Below, piece after piece: positions 49,150-59,363 of a stretch of 64,000 bases of DNA. The stretch lies in contig CAWEQH010000001.1 of NCBI GenBank assembly GCA_963811165.1, positions 608,001-672,000 of the forward strand, written 5' to 3'. The stretch comes from an uncultured Nitrospiraceae bacterium. GTDB taxonomy: Bacteria > Nitrospirota > Thermodesulfovibrionia > Thermodesulfovibrionales > UBA6898. Positions within the stretch are counted from its first letter, which is position 1, and every line of letters begins with the position of its first letter. The notes beneath the pieces are model-generated. The model did not search any database. It had not been told where the DNA came from and worked only from the letters and a program-made list of their open reading frames with translations. A program made the translations under genes and the position numbers.

Positions 49150-50419
49150 GTGTCTAACGACGTAGTTATAAAAGTCGATAACCTCTCGAAGAAATATCTG
49201 ATTAGTCATCAGCAGAGGGAAAGGTATACGGCCTTGCGTGATGTAATGGCCAATAAAGTTAAGAGCTTGGGGCGTAGAGTATTATCGCCTTTTCGCTCCT
49301 CGCTCTCTGCTCCTAGCTCCACGCTTGAAGACTTTTTCGCCCTCAAGGATGTTTCTTTCGAAATCAAACGGGGAGAACGGATCGGCATCATAGGCAGAAA
49401 CGGCGCCGGCAAATCGACGCTTCTGAAGGTACTGAGCAGGATCACCGAGCCGACGATCGGGAAGGATCGAGATCAAGGGCAGGGTTGCGAGCCTTCTCGA
49501 AGTGGGAACAGGTTTCCATCCGGAATTGACGGGAAGGGAAAATATTTTTTTGAATGGTGCAATCCTCGGGATGACGAAGGCAGAGATAAAAAAGAAATTT
49601 GACGAGATCGTTGACTTTGCAGAGATCGAGAAGTTCCTCGATACTCCGGTGAAGCGATATTCATCAGGGATGTACGTGAGGCTGGCGTTTGCAGTTGCCG
49701 CGCATTTGGAACCGGAGATACTGATTGTGGATGAAGTGCTGGCGGTGGGGGATGCTCAGTTTCAGAAGAAGTGCCTCGGAAAAATGGAAGAGGTAGGGAA
49801 AGAAGGACGCACGATACTCTTTGTGAGTCATAACATGTCGGCAGTTGCGACGCTCTGCACCAAAGGCATAGTTCTTTCTGCCGGAGCGGTCCACTTTCAT
49901 GGGGACCCGCACGCGGCGATCAGCAGCTATCTCGTATCCGGGACCGACTCTTTATATGAGCGCAGGCCTGAAATAAAAAACACGCTTCCTGTGATCCAAA
50001 GGGCATGGTTTGAAAATGCCGCCGGAGAAAAAACCACTCAATTTTATAGCGGAGAGGCGATCCGCCTGGTGATGGACTCGGAAAATCCGGGCAGTATCCC
50101 TATGGAGGTATCGCTATCGTTCTGGGACAATCTTCGCCGTCCCCTGTGGAATTTTACTCAGGCCATGCACGGAATAGATACCCTCCCGACGGGCAGAAAG
50201 ATCAGAAGCAGGATTGTTTTTTATCCGCCGAGGTTGACCGTTCCGGAGATTCTGGTGGATTTGGCGATTGGACAAAAAGGCGGGGGGTATTATGACCATA
50301 TCGTGAATGCCATAAAGTGCTCAATTATAGAAAATTACGGGGAGACTGTTATGGAACGTTTTTCCGGGTGGCCCATATTCTGTGACGCGAAGATGTCAAA
50401 TGAGGTTATTCTTGAATAG
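49150..50419 (+). pseudogene. wzt: Polysaccharide ABC transporter ATPase Wzt with C-terminal domain; single +1 frameshift near 49455
   Basis: Walker [10 protein letters not shown] in one frame; [19 protein letters not shown] and DEVLAVGD in the next; possibly sequencing error. Confidence 0.88.
49291..49325 (+). repeat. In-frame heptamer block inside wzt
   Basis: tttcgct cctcgct ctctgct cctagct ccacgct (5 x NNNNGCT). Confidence 0.8.
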
Positions 50420-51263
50420 GAAAACACTGAAAAAGATAGCGAAGGAGATCCTGCCGCCGTTTATCCACGAGTCCCTGAGAAAACTGTTCTTGAGGGATAA
50501 GGATGTCTGTCGCCCCTCGTGGCATACCGTCAGAGGAGGTATTCTCAGGGGCAGAGAGTTATTTCTTGATCCCGCCTGGGAGTGGCAAAGAGACATACTG
50601 GAGGGGCGATACGACAGTTTTCTGCTCGATTACGTAAAAGACCTGCCCATCAGAGGCAGGACTGTACTTGAGATCGGTGCCCATGTCGGATTTCATGTGA
50701 TGAACTTTGCCCAATTGGTAGGGGAAGAGGGGATGGTGTATGCCTTCGAGCCGAATAGATTCAACCGTGAAAGGATGGAAATTAATTTGAGGAAGAACCC
50801 GGACCTTGCACGCCGCGTCAGGATATTCGGGGTTGCGGTCTCGGATGCCGTTGGGGAGACCGATTTTTATTTTAGTGAGGACGTGGACAGGGGGACCAGC
50901 AGCGGAAATTTCATTTCCGGTGCCGATACCTATTATCCGAAAAGCGAAGCGTATCTGGCATCATTCAAGATAATGAAGGTGAGAATGATCTCGCTTGATC
51001 ACGCGTCCGAGACCGGCACCGATACAATGCCATATATCATAAAAATCGACGTCGAAGGCGCCGAAGGCAGCGTAGTCCGGGGCGCCATGAAACTGCTCGA
51101 CAAGCATAAACCGTTATTATTGATTGAAGTCCATTCCATCAGGAACATGCTGGAGATATCTGAATCGCTGCATTCACTGCAATATACGATAGTACTGTTA
51201 AAAGAAGAAAAAGATGGAAGGTGCTTTATCGCAGCCTCCCCACTTAATAAGGGTGACCAGTGA
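50400..51263 (+). CDS. FkbM-family methyltransferase
   Basis: EIGAHVG, AFEPN and IKIDVEGAE motifs; start set at ATG 50400. Confidence 0.9.
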   Translation: MRLFLNRKTLKKIAKEILPPFIHESLRKLFLRDKDVCRPSWHTVRGGILRGRELFLDPAWEWQRDILEGRYDSFLLDYVKDLPIRGRTVLEIGAHVGFHVMNFAQLVGEEGMVYAFEPNRFNRERMEINLRKNPDLARRVRIFGVAVSDAVGETDFYFSEDVDRGTSSGNFISGADTYYPKSEAYLASFKIMKVRMISLDHASETGTDTMPYIIKIDVEGAEGSVVRGAMKLLDKHKPLLLIEVHSIRNMLEISESLHSLQYTIVLLKEEKDGRCFIAASPLNKGDQ

Positions 51264-51925
51264 CCATACGTCTGATTATTAAAGAACTCATCTATAAATT
51301 TACCAGTAGGGAAAAGAAATTCGCGAATATATATAAGACTAATTGGTTTGGCGGTGATGAGTCGATATCTGGCCCCGGATCGAGCCTCGAACAAACACAA
51401 GTCATAAGAGGAGAACTGCCAAAAGTCATACAGGCATTCAAAATAAGAAAACTCATTGATGCTCCGTGCGGTGATTTCAACTGGATGCAAGAAGCTGTTC
51501 TTGACATTGACAAGTATATCGGCATTGATATTGTCCCCGAAATAATCGATAGCAATCGGGCAAAATATGGAAACAACAAGCGGGAGTTTCTTGTCATTGA
51601 TATAGTAAAAGGGACCTTGCCGGAGGGAGACCTAGCTTTGTGCCGTGACTGCTTTATCCATCTGTCATATAGAGATATATTTTCCGCCGTGAGAAATTTT
51701 CACAAGTCAGGGACAAAATACTTGCTGACAACAACATTCACGGGACTTAAGGAAAATAGAGATATTGTGAGCGGAAGAGTACGCCCTATTAATCTGCAAA
51801 GGCAACCTTTCAATTTCCCTACTCCTCTGCTCCTGATCAATGAGCATTGCACTGAGGGAGGAGGCAAGTATGCTGATAAGTCTCTCGGATTATGGAAGAT
51901 TGAAGAGATTCTAAAAATATTATGA
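51260..51925 (+). CDS. Class I SAM-dependent methyltransferase
   Basis: ESISGPGS, DAPCGDFNW, GIDIV and CRDCFIHL motifs. Confidence 0.85.
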   Translation: MTIRLIIKELIYKFTSREKKFANIYKTNWFGGDESISGPGSSLEQTQVIRGELPKVIQAFKIRKLIDAPCGDFNWMQEAVLDIDKYIGIDIVPEIIDSNRAKYGNNKREFLVIDIVKGTLPEGDLALCRDCFIHLSYRDIFSAVRNFHKSGTKYLLTTTFTGLKENRDIVSGRVRPINLQRQPFNFPTPLLLINEHCTEGGGKYADKSLGLWKIEEILKIL

Positions 51926-52455
51926 TGTCCCTGAAAAAAATTATAAAAGCGGTATGCCTGGTCTTCTATAATATGTTTCTAAAGAATTTTCCTTCATCAA
52001 ATTCACCACATGCGTTTGGATGCAAATCGAGGTTGGCCTTTCTCAGGCATTTCCTGAAGAGTGCCGGGAAAAACGTAAACATTCAGCCCGGAGTTTATCT
52101 GTATCCGCTCTGTAACATTTCCATCGGAAACAATTCCGGAATTGGAAAAGACTCTTTCGTGCTTGCTCCGGATACGGTCGAGATCGGAGAAAATGTGATG
52201 ATCGGGCCGCAACTGATCGTCTATACTGCAAATCACGGCACAAAACGCTCAATTCCCATGATCCATCAGCCCATGGTCAATGCCCCTGTAAAAATCGGCA
52301 ATGATATATGGATCGGCGCCAGGGTGACCATTCTCCCCGGTGTGACTGTCGGTGACGGCGCGGTCATTGCCGCCGGGGCAGTCGTTACAAGAAATGTCGA
52401 GCCTTATACGATTGTGGGAGGCGTTCCCGCAAAAAAAATCAGTGAGCGAATATAG
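51922..52455 (+). CDS. Hexapeptide-repeat O-acyltransferase
   Basis: IGNDIWIGA, ILPGVTVGDGAVIAAGAVV and VGGVPAK motifs. Confidence 0.9.
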   Translation: MMSLKKIIKAVCLVFYNMFLKNFPSSNSPHAFGCKSRLAFLRHFLKSAGKNVNIQPGVYLYPLCNISIGNNSGIGKDSFVLAPDTVEIGENVMIGPQLIVYTANHGTKRSIPMIHQPMVNAPVKIGNDIWIGARVTILPGVTVGDGAVIAAGAVVTRNVEPYTIVGGVPAKKISERI

Positions 52456-52548
52456 TATCTATTTCTGGTCTCTTTTCTGATAAATTTCGCTTTAAAACGA
52501 AACGAGTTTTGAACCGCATCATATGGATTAATTTCATGGTAGTCTTTA

Positions 52549-54060
52549 ATGGCTGATATCTGTCTGGTATCGATGCCCACGCTGGGACGGGCGAAGAGTA
52601 CGATTGTTCCCCATTGGATACTCTGGCTCGCGGATTACATTGAAAAACAGGGACACAGCGTTGATGTGGTAGATGTGAAGAGCTGTGTAACTGCTGACTA
52701 TACTGAAAAAGAAAAGGAGAGGGTATTTCAGGAAACAGTCAAGAAAACAATCGCATCGGGCTCTCTCCTTATAGGCCTGAGCGCGTTTACCGAAGATTAC
52801 CAGAATGTAATGAAACTGGCCGGAGAGATCAAGAAAAGGAGCAGCGCCAAAATCATAGTGGGCGGTATACACGCGACCATATTGCCTGAAGATTTCTTTG
52901 CGGGGGACGATTCACCTTTTGATGCGGCGGTTGTGGGTGACGGCGAGGTGCCTTTGACAAGGATAATCGAAGCCGAAAAAAACGGGACAAGTTCTTGGGA
53001 AAAGATAGACGGACTTGTTTTCAGGAAAGGCAAAGACCTTGTCCAAACGGCGCCCCAGACTGCATTCCCCTCTTTGGAGGGGATGTCGAGGCATCCTTAT
53101 CACAAGCTGGACATGGATTTCTATCTCCAGCCGCAACAGTTTCTCCTGCGTTCGATCTATCTGTCGGGGATTCATATATTTACTGCGAGGGGGTGTCCCT
53201 ATCATTGTACATTTTGCGCAAACAGTGGAAGAAAGGTGAGATTTCGGCCTCTGGATTCTGTTATTGAAGAACTAAGGTTTCTGAAAGAGACTTACGATAT
53301 CGACGGCTTCTATATTCACGACGATACCTTTACAATAAAAAATGATCGCGTCATTGAATTTTGCGAAGGACTGATGGACCTGAAATACCGGTTTGTCTGG
53401 GGAATGGAGGGACGCGTCAACCAGTTTTCCGATAAGGTTTTTCAGTCTCTCAAGAAAAGCGGTTGTATCCAGATAGATTTCGGCGTGGAGTCCGGTTCAC
53501 AGGAGGCGCTGGACCGGATGAAAAAGGGAATAAAGGTTGAAGACACAGTGGAGGTCTTTCGCCGCTGTCGGGCCGAAAAAATTCGTACCTATGCCAATAT
53601 CCTCATCAACACCCCTGAAGAAACTGAGGAAGATGTTAGAAAAACCATTAATTTGATGGAGAATATCAAAGCGTCGACATACGGAATATGCGTTACCACG
53701 CCCTATCCGGGCACAGAAATCTACGATCGGTATGTCAAACCGCCCCTTACGGTTGAAGAGTATCAGCTCTACCGGGACAGCAAATCGTATGTGTCAATCG
53801 TCGATCCAAGATTCCGCCTGGCAGCCCACAACCTTAACATTGAAGAACTTTCGGCAAAGCTTGGCAGGCGGTTTATGCTCGATCAGGGCTGGCAGATCTT
53901 CAGCCTGTACCCGTCATATCTGAAGGCCCTCTTGAAAAGCAGGAGAAAAGCCCAGTATATTTCCATCTTCATCTTTCGGCTTTTCCGCAAACTGAGAAAT
54001 CTGTTTAAAAAATATCTACATCGATCACTTAAAGAATCATTTAACAAACATATTGCGTGA
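52549..54060 (+). CDS. B12-binding radical SAM protein
   Basis: VGGIHAT, GDGE, RGCPYHCTFC (CxxxCxxC), DDTF, GVESGS and TPYPGT motifs. Confidence 0.92.
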   Translation: MADICLVSMPTLGRAKSTIVPHWILWLADYIEKQGHSVDVVDVKSCVTADYTEKEKERVFQETVKKTIASGSLLIGLSAFTEDYQNVMKLAGEIKKRSSAKIIVGGIHATILPEDFFAGDDSPFDAAVVGDGEVPLTRIIEAEKNGTSSWEKIDGLVFRKGKDLVQTAPQTAFPSLEGMSRHPYHKLDMDFYLQPQQFLLRSIYLSGIHIFTARGCPYHCTFCANSGRKVRFRPLDSVIEELRFLKETYDIDGFYIHDDTFTIKNDRVIEFCEGLMDLKYRFVWGMEGRVNQFSDKVFQSLKKSGCIQIDFGVESGSQEALDRMKKGIKVEDTVEVFRRCRAEKIRTYANILINTPEETEEDVRKTINLMENIKASTYGICVTTPYPGTEIYDRYVKPPLTVEEYQLYRDSKSYVSIVDPRFRLAAHNLNIEELSAKLGRRFMLDQGWQIFSLYPSYLKALLKSRRKAQYISIFIFRLFRKLRNLFKKYLHRSLKESFNKHIA

Positions 54061-55088
54061 CAATTACATATCTTCACAAGCTCGATAAGCTGGATCCCAG
54101 AGTTCATCACTGGGACCCCTTTCCGACAGAACGCAGAGGCTGTCCCTTCTGCGGGGAATACTCTGCTCCACTTTTTTTAAGACCGGATGATCTGCCTGTT
54201 TCACAGTGCAGCCGGTGCCGATGCTTTTACGTTTCACTCAGGATAGCTGACGAGGTACTGAGACAATTTTACGACAGTTACTGGTCAGCGACATGTCCAC
54301 GTCCATTGACTGATGAAATGGCACGGTACCTGCTTTCGAGTGCTGGGAATCGCGCTTCTTCGGATGTGTGCATACGTAAACTAACCGCACTTCGCGGTGG
54401 CTGGAACGGAGCGCAGGTGCTTGATCTGGGCTGCGGCTTCGGAGAAAAGGCGACTATGATGAGAGCCCTTGGGGCCTCTGTTACCGGTCTTGATATTTCT
54501 GCTGCTGCAGTGAAATTTATGACTGACCAGCTTGAAATGGAGGCATACGGTTCAACTATTGAAGAATGGGCCGGTAAAAAAAGCTTTTTTGACATAGTGA
54601 CGATGTTTGAGTTTGTTGAACATCTGCTTGACCCTTATGGTTCGCTGATGGCCGTAGTAGATAAAATACGGACGGGCGGGTTATTGGTGATAGTGACGCC
54701 GAATGGTACGGCAGGAGACAGGGCTGCATTCCCTCTGCATGGAGAATGGATAGGTTTTCGCGTGGATCTTGAACACATGCAGTATCTTCATGTCGATACC
54801 ATAGACTACCTTGCTCATAAACTTGACTGCCGCATCCTGCATTGTGAACAGATGGGCTTCAGAGCGCTTGATGATGTTGCGCGATGCGGGAGAGAAACGA
54901 CTCGTATCAGCTCCCGTCGTATCCGGCGTTTCATAAAGGCCATTCCCGGAGTAAGGAGCGCCGTCTATGCCTTCAGGAATCTGCAGATGAGGCGGCGCGC
55001 CGCTGCAAGACCGCCCCTTGACACCGGTGTCTATCACCTCTTCGCTGTTTTACAGAAAACAGGTGTGCGGAAGGGAAATGTCGCGTAA
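54057..55088 (+). CDS. Class I SAM-dependent methyltransferase with N-terminal Cys pairs
   Basis: CPFC...CSRC, VLDLGCGFG, FVEHL.DP and TPN motifs. Confidence 0.87.
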   Translation: MTITYLHKLDKLDPRVHHWDPFPTERRGCPFCGEYSAPLFLRPDDLPVSQCSRCRCFYVSLRIADEVLRQFYDSYWSATCPRPLTDEMARYLLSSAGNRASSDVCIRKLTALRGGWNGAQVLDLGCGFGEKATMMRALGASVTGLDISAAAVKFMTDQLEMEAYGSTIEEWAGKKSFFDIVTMFEFVEHLLDPYGSLMAVVDKIRTGGLLVIVTPNGTAGDRAAFPLHGEWIGFRVDLEHMQYLHVDTIDYLAHKLDCRILHCEQMGFRALDDVARCGRETTRISSRRIRRFIKAIPGVRSAVYAFRNLQMRRRAAARPPLDTGVYHLFAVLQKTGVRKGNVA

Positions 55089-56310
55089 TAGAAAAATCAT
55101 CATAGCCGCCACAGAGATAAGCGTTGGCGGGCTGGGGTCGTATATCGACACTCTTGCAATGCGACTCAAGTCCGGCGGTTGGGAGGTGCATCTTGTATCG
55201 ACCAGTACACGCGGAGATCTTTTTGACCGGATGAGGGAGTCCGTGGAATGCCATGACTTTTCCGCGCACCCTCTTTCCGGGGGGAAAATCTTAACGGCAG
55301 CCGAATTGGTGAACCACATAGCTCCGGACATCCTTCTTATGAACAACTGTGCGCTCTTGCATTATGCGTTGCCGCTTATAAAGACGACAGCCAGACCGGT
55401 GGCGGTTTTGCATAGTGATGATATAAGGTTTTACAAAACAGCCTCATTATTTGAGAAGCGGATATTTCGCTGGATTGCCCCGACCCGGGGCGTGGCCGAA
55501 AGATGCAGGACGTTTCTTCAGCCGCAACGGGGAGCGCGCGTCCGCACCATTCCGCACGGGATAGAGAATAAGATGTTTACCGCCAAAGAAAGCGGCAGGA
55601 GAAGAATCAGCGGGAATGTCAGCTTCGCGGGATTTATAGCCCAAAACAAGGGGGCAGATCTGCTGCCTGATATTTTCAGCGGGGTTTCAAAGGCATATGG
55701 GAATGCCCGCTTTACAATTGTGGGATCCGGCCCGCTGGAACAAACCCTCAAGAGGCAGTGTGAAGAAAATGGGACCCTCCATAAGTGCAATTTTACCGGG
55801 ACGGTAGATCATGCCAGAATGGCCGAGATCCTGCGCGAGTCCGACATATTAATTCTTCCGACACGCATTGAAGGGTTCGGACTGAGTGTGGTCGAGGCCA
55901 TGATGAGCGGAGCAGTCCCGGTTGTTTCGAGGATAGAGGGGGTAACGGATGATATTGTAAGCGATGGCTTGACCGGCGTGCTGATTAATCCCGATGACGC
56001 AAGGGGCTTCGCAACGGCGATTGTGGATCTTCTGAAAAATCCGGGGAGGCTTCTTTCGATGTCTGAAATGGCAAGACAGGACGCCCTGCGCAGATACTCA
56101 GCCGAAAAAATGCTCGATGCGTATCTGGCATTATTCGATGAAGAAGATGACAGGGTATCGATCCAGCAGCGGGGCACAATGGGATGGATCATCGAGACTG
56201 TCGGCGAGAAGGGCAGGAAGGGAGTGGACCGGCGGTGGCTTTTACACAGGGCAATGGAAATATGGGGCGGAAGAGTAACGGGGAAAGCGGATAAGGCCGG
56301 ACCTTCATGA
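55078..56310 (+). CDS. GT4 glycosyltransferase
   Basis: GGLGSY, IPHGI, KGAD and EGFGLSVVEAM motifs; start set at ATG 55078. Confidence 0.9.
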   Translation: MSRNRKIIIAATEISVGGLGSYIDTLAMRLKSGGWEVHLVSTSTRGDLFDRMRESVECHDFSAHPLSGGKILTAAELVNHIAPDILLMNNCALLHYALPLIKTTARPVAVLHSDDIRFYKTASLFEKRIFRWIAPTRGVAERCRTFLQPQRGARVRTIPHGIENKMFTAKESGRRRISGNVSFAGFIAQNKGADLLPDIFSGVSKAYGNARFTIVGSGPLEQTLKRQCEENGTLHKCNFTGTVDHARMAEILRESDILILPTRIEGFGLSVVEAMMSGAVPVVSRIEGVTDDIVSDGLTGVLINPDDARGFATAIVDLLKNPGRLLSMSEMARQDALRRYSAEKMLDAYLALFDEEDDRVSIQQRGTMGWIIETVGEKGRKGVDRRWLLHRAMEIWGGRVTGKADKAGPS

Positions 56311-57476
56311 AGGCATCTGTTTATTTCATACAATTTCTCAAGGACGATGCCCTGAGCGTCGGCGGAGGAGGGATAGGAACGCTCATCAGTCACCTCTGCC
56401 CTCTGCTTGAGGAACTTGGACACGAAGTCACCGTCTACCAGTGCGCCGGGAGGGCCTTTGATGTCAAGTGGGGCAACACCCGTGTCATCGGCCTCCCCGG
56501 TTATCCGGGAGCGGGAAGGACTAACGAAAAGGTGGCGCAGTCCCTTAGGGAATTAGCAGAACAGAGGGCTAGGTCTAAAGAACGGATAGAGATATTCGCC
56601 GGTGATTTCTTTTCAGTGAAGAATAGTAACCCATACGCCATCTGCGTGCAAAACGGTCTTGCATGGGATGCATCCATTGAACTGCTCACTTCTAACAAGA
56701 TGTATCACAATCCAATCGGCGAGAAGATTTTCCGCTACCGCTGCCAGATGCGCGGATTACGCAGATTTGAGACCTGTTTCAACCGTGTTGCCGTCGATCT
56801 TTATTTCCTAAACTGGTACAGGAGTTTTCGGGGGCCCAATGTCAAGGGGCGTCTTTTTTATAACCCAAATCCCGCGCCTCAGTCGACGTGGGATGTTCGC
56901 CGCGAAACTAGAAAGAATGAGCAGATGAAGATTATCTTCGCCAGGAGACTTGTTCCGGAAAAAGGCACACGTGTAATAGCTGATGTCTTCAGGCAGCTTC
57001 TAGTGCTTCGCCCTAATATAGAAATAATGCTCGCCGGCGAAGGTAGTGAGGAGGGATTTCTGAGAGAGACATTCTCAGGTGACAGGCGCGTAACTTTGAC
57101 ATCATATAAGGCAGAGGATGCATTAGCGGTTCACCGGGAACATGACATCGCTGTGATTCCATCATTATGTGGCGAGGCGACGTGTCTGTCCGTTCTTGAA
57201 GCTATGGCTGCGGGTTGTGCGGTCGTGGCAACGAATATGGGCGGGACCATAACACAGATCATCGATGGTTACAATGGACTGTTGTGCTGGCCCCGAAAGG
57301 GGCCCCTGTTAGAGGGCCTTTTGAAGCTGATAGATAACAAAGAGGAAAGGCTGCGGATGCAAAGAAGTGGATGGGAGATTTCGCAGAAATCATTCAGCAT
57401 GGTGCAATGGAAAAAACGCTGGGAGGAAATTATCGGCGAAATTACAGGCGCCAAGGGTTTGGAGGGAAGGCAGTGA
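56307..57476 (+). CDS. GT4 glycosyltransferase
   Basis: ARRLVPEKG and EATCLSVLEAMAAG motifs. Confidence 0.88.
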   Translation: MKASVYFIQFLKDDALSVGGGGIGTLISHLCPLLEELGHEVTVYQCAGRAFDVKWGNTRVIGLPGYPGAGRTNEKVAQSLRELAEQRARSKERIEIFAGDFFSVKNSNPYAICVQNGLAWDASIELLTSNKMYHNPIGEKIFRYRCQMRGLRRFETCFNRVAVDLYFLNWYRSFRGPNVKGRLFYNPNPAPQSTWDVRRETRKNEQMKIIFARRLVPEKGTRVIADVFRQLLVLRPNIEIMLAGEGSEEGFLRETFSGDRRVTLTSYKAEDALAVHREHDIAVIPSLCGEATCLSVLEAMAAGCAVVATNMGGTITQIIDGYNGLLCWPRKGPLLEGLLKLIDNKEERLRMQRSGWEISQKSFSMVQWKKRWEEIIGEITGAKGLEGRQ

Positions 57477-57498
57477 TGCAGCTATTCCCGATTATGGT

Positions 57499-58323
57499 AT
57501 GTCTAAGGATATGTTAGATAGTCACCATTGTGGGATCTGCGGATCAGCATCGCAAAAGATCTTCACGGCCGGCATATTGAGCAAATACGAAGTCGCTTAT
57601 TATTATTGTGATGCCTGCGGCTTTCTTCAGACCGAAGAGCCATACTGGCTTGAGGAATCGTATAGAGAATCAATTAATATGTCTGATACAGGAACGTTGG
57701 CAAGAAGCTTGCACCTTGCCGAAATGACATCGGTTATTCTTTATTTCCTGTTTGATAAGAATGCCAGATACCTCGATTTTGCAGGAGGATATGGTCTTTT
57801 TACCCGGCGAATGAGAGACATAGGTTTTGATTTTTTTTGGCAGGATAAATATACGCAAAATCTTATTTCAAAAGGGTTCGAATACCGGGAAGGAATGGGT
57901 GACTTTGAGCTGATAACATCCTTTGAGGCGTTTGAGCATTTTGTGAATCCAATGCGGGAGATTGAAACGATGCTGTCCATGTCAAAAAATATTTTGTTTA
58001 CTACTGAACTCCTGCCGCTACCTGTTCCACGTCCGGGAGACTGGCATTATTATGGATTGGAGCACGGCCAGCATATTTCTTTTTATTCTCTTAAAACACT
58101 GCATTCCATCGCCCGGAAATATGGTTTACACGTGCACTCTATCGGGCCTGTGCATCTCTTCACGTCAAGGGAGATACATCCGCTTTATCTCGAGCTTCTG
58201 TTGAAGTGCAGGAAGTTGGGGCTTTTTTTATATATAAAGAAATGCCTTCAAAGCAGGACGGTTGATGACTGTAACTTCTTGAGGGAACACGTCGTGGTTT
58301 CTATCGGTGATAGAAAACGATAA
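57499..58323 (+). CDS. Class I SAM-dependent methyltransferase-like protein
   Basis: CGIC...CDACGF, LDFAGGYG, FEAFEH and GQHISFY motifs; start set at ATG 57499. Confidence 0.83.
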   Translation: MSKDMLDSHHCGICGSASQKIFTAGILSKYEVAYYYCDACGFLQTEEPYWLEESYRESINMSDTGTLARSLHLAEMTSVILYFLFDKNARYLDFAGGYGLFTRRMRDIGFDFFWQDKYTQNLISKGFEYREGMGDFELITSFEAFEHFVNPMREIETMLSMSKNILFTTELLPLPVPRPGDWHYYGLEHGQHISFYSLKTLHSIARKYGLHVHSIGPVHLFTSREIHPLYLELLLKCRKLGLFLYIKKCLQSRTVDDCNFLREHVVVSIGDRKR

Positions 58324-58344
58324 GAAAAATCGATACATGCGGCA

Positions 58345-59361
58345 ATGACCGGAATTATTGAACAGGTTTACCGGCGGCTACGGCACAATGCCCGCGTCCG
58401 CCTTAACTTCGGCCGCAACTATATTATTCTCCGAAGATTAATTGCGCGCCTGAAAAGAGAGTCACAGAAACGGCGACTGGTGGGAGTAATGCTGCTTGAG
58501 CACCTCGGCGATATCGTTGCATGCGAGCCGGTCGTACGCCACATAAAAAAAATGCATCCTTATGCATTCATTGTTTGGGGAGTTAAAAAGCCATACAGGG
58601 AGCTTATAGAAAACAATCCTTACATAGATGGGACATTGACCATCCACTGTCTCACAGAACGGATGCTTCTCATAAACAGCGGTCTGTTCGATGAGGTGAT
58701 CGACCTCCATTTCCACGACCGGTATTGTTCATTGTGCTCCCAGCCGAGAAAGAAAGTGCAGGGCGCTTCGCCTATCAATCTTACGAATTATTTCCGGTTT
58801 GGAAGTCTTCTGTCGGCGATGTCTCAGAGCGCGGGACTATCCGCACTGGATGATAAACCGATGGTGTATATTCCCGAGGCGGCGGTGAGAAAAGTCGATA
58901 GTCTTAGATTGCCGGAGGAATTTCTCGTGATTAATTGCACCTCCAATGCGCCCGAGAAGGGTTGGCCGGCCGAGAAGTGGATTCGACTTCTTGCCAAGGT
59001 TAAGGAGACGGTCGGTTTGCCCGTCTTTGAAATCGGCACCGAAACATTTCTTGATATGTCATTATCTTTGAGTCAAAGTCTCTGCGGAAAACTCTCAATC
59101 CTGGAGTCCGCCGAGGTTATACGAAGAGCGAAACTTTTTATCGGCATCGACAGCGGACCTGCTCACCTGGCGAATGCCGTTGGAACTGCCGGTGTTGTTC
59201 TCATGGGAAACTATCTTGGGTTCACAAAATATATACCCTTCAGCGGTCCTTATGGAAAAGGCAAAAATTCTGAGATCATCTATCAGAATGGCAGCGTGGC
59301 CGATATTTCGATTGAACGGGTTTTCATTTCTGTAAAGGAATTTCTCGATAGTACCAATTAA
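58345..59361 (+). CDS. GT9 (heptosyltransferase-like) glycosyltransferase
   Basis: HLGDIV, KGWP, LCGKLSI and FIGIDSGPAHLA motifs. Confidence 0.88.
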   Translation: MTGIIEQVYRRLRHNARVRLNFGRNYIILRRLIARLKRESQKRRLVGVMLLEHLGDIVACEPVVRHIKKMHPYAFIVWGVKKPYRELIENNPYIDGTLTIHCLTERMLLINSGLFDEVIDLHFHDRYCSLCSQPRKKVQGASPINLTNYFRFGSLLSAMSQSAGLSALDDKPMVYIPEAAVRKVDSLRLPEEFLVINCTSNAPEKGWPAEKWIRLLAKVKETVGLPVFEIGTETFLDMSLSLSQSLCGKLSILESAEVIRRAKLFIGIDSGPAHLANAVGTAGVVLMGNYLGFTKYIPFSGPYGKGKNSEIIYQNGSVADISIERVFISVKEFLDSTN

Positions 59362-59363
59362 CT

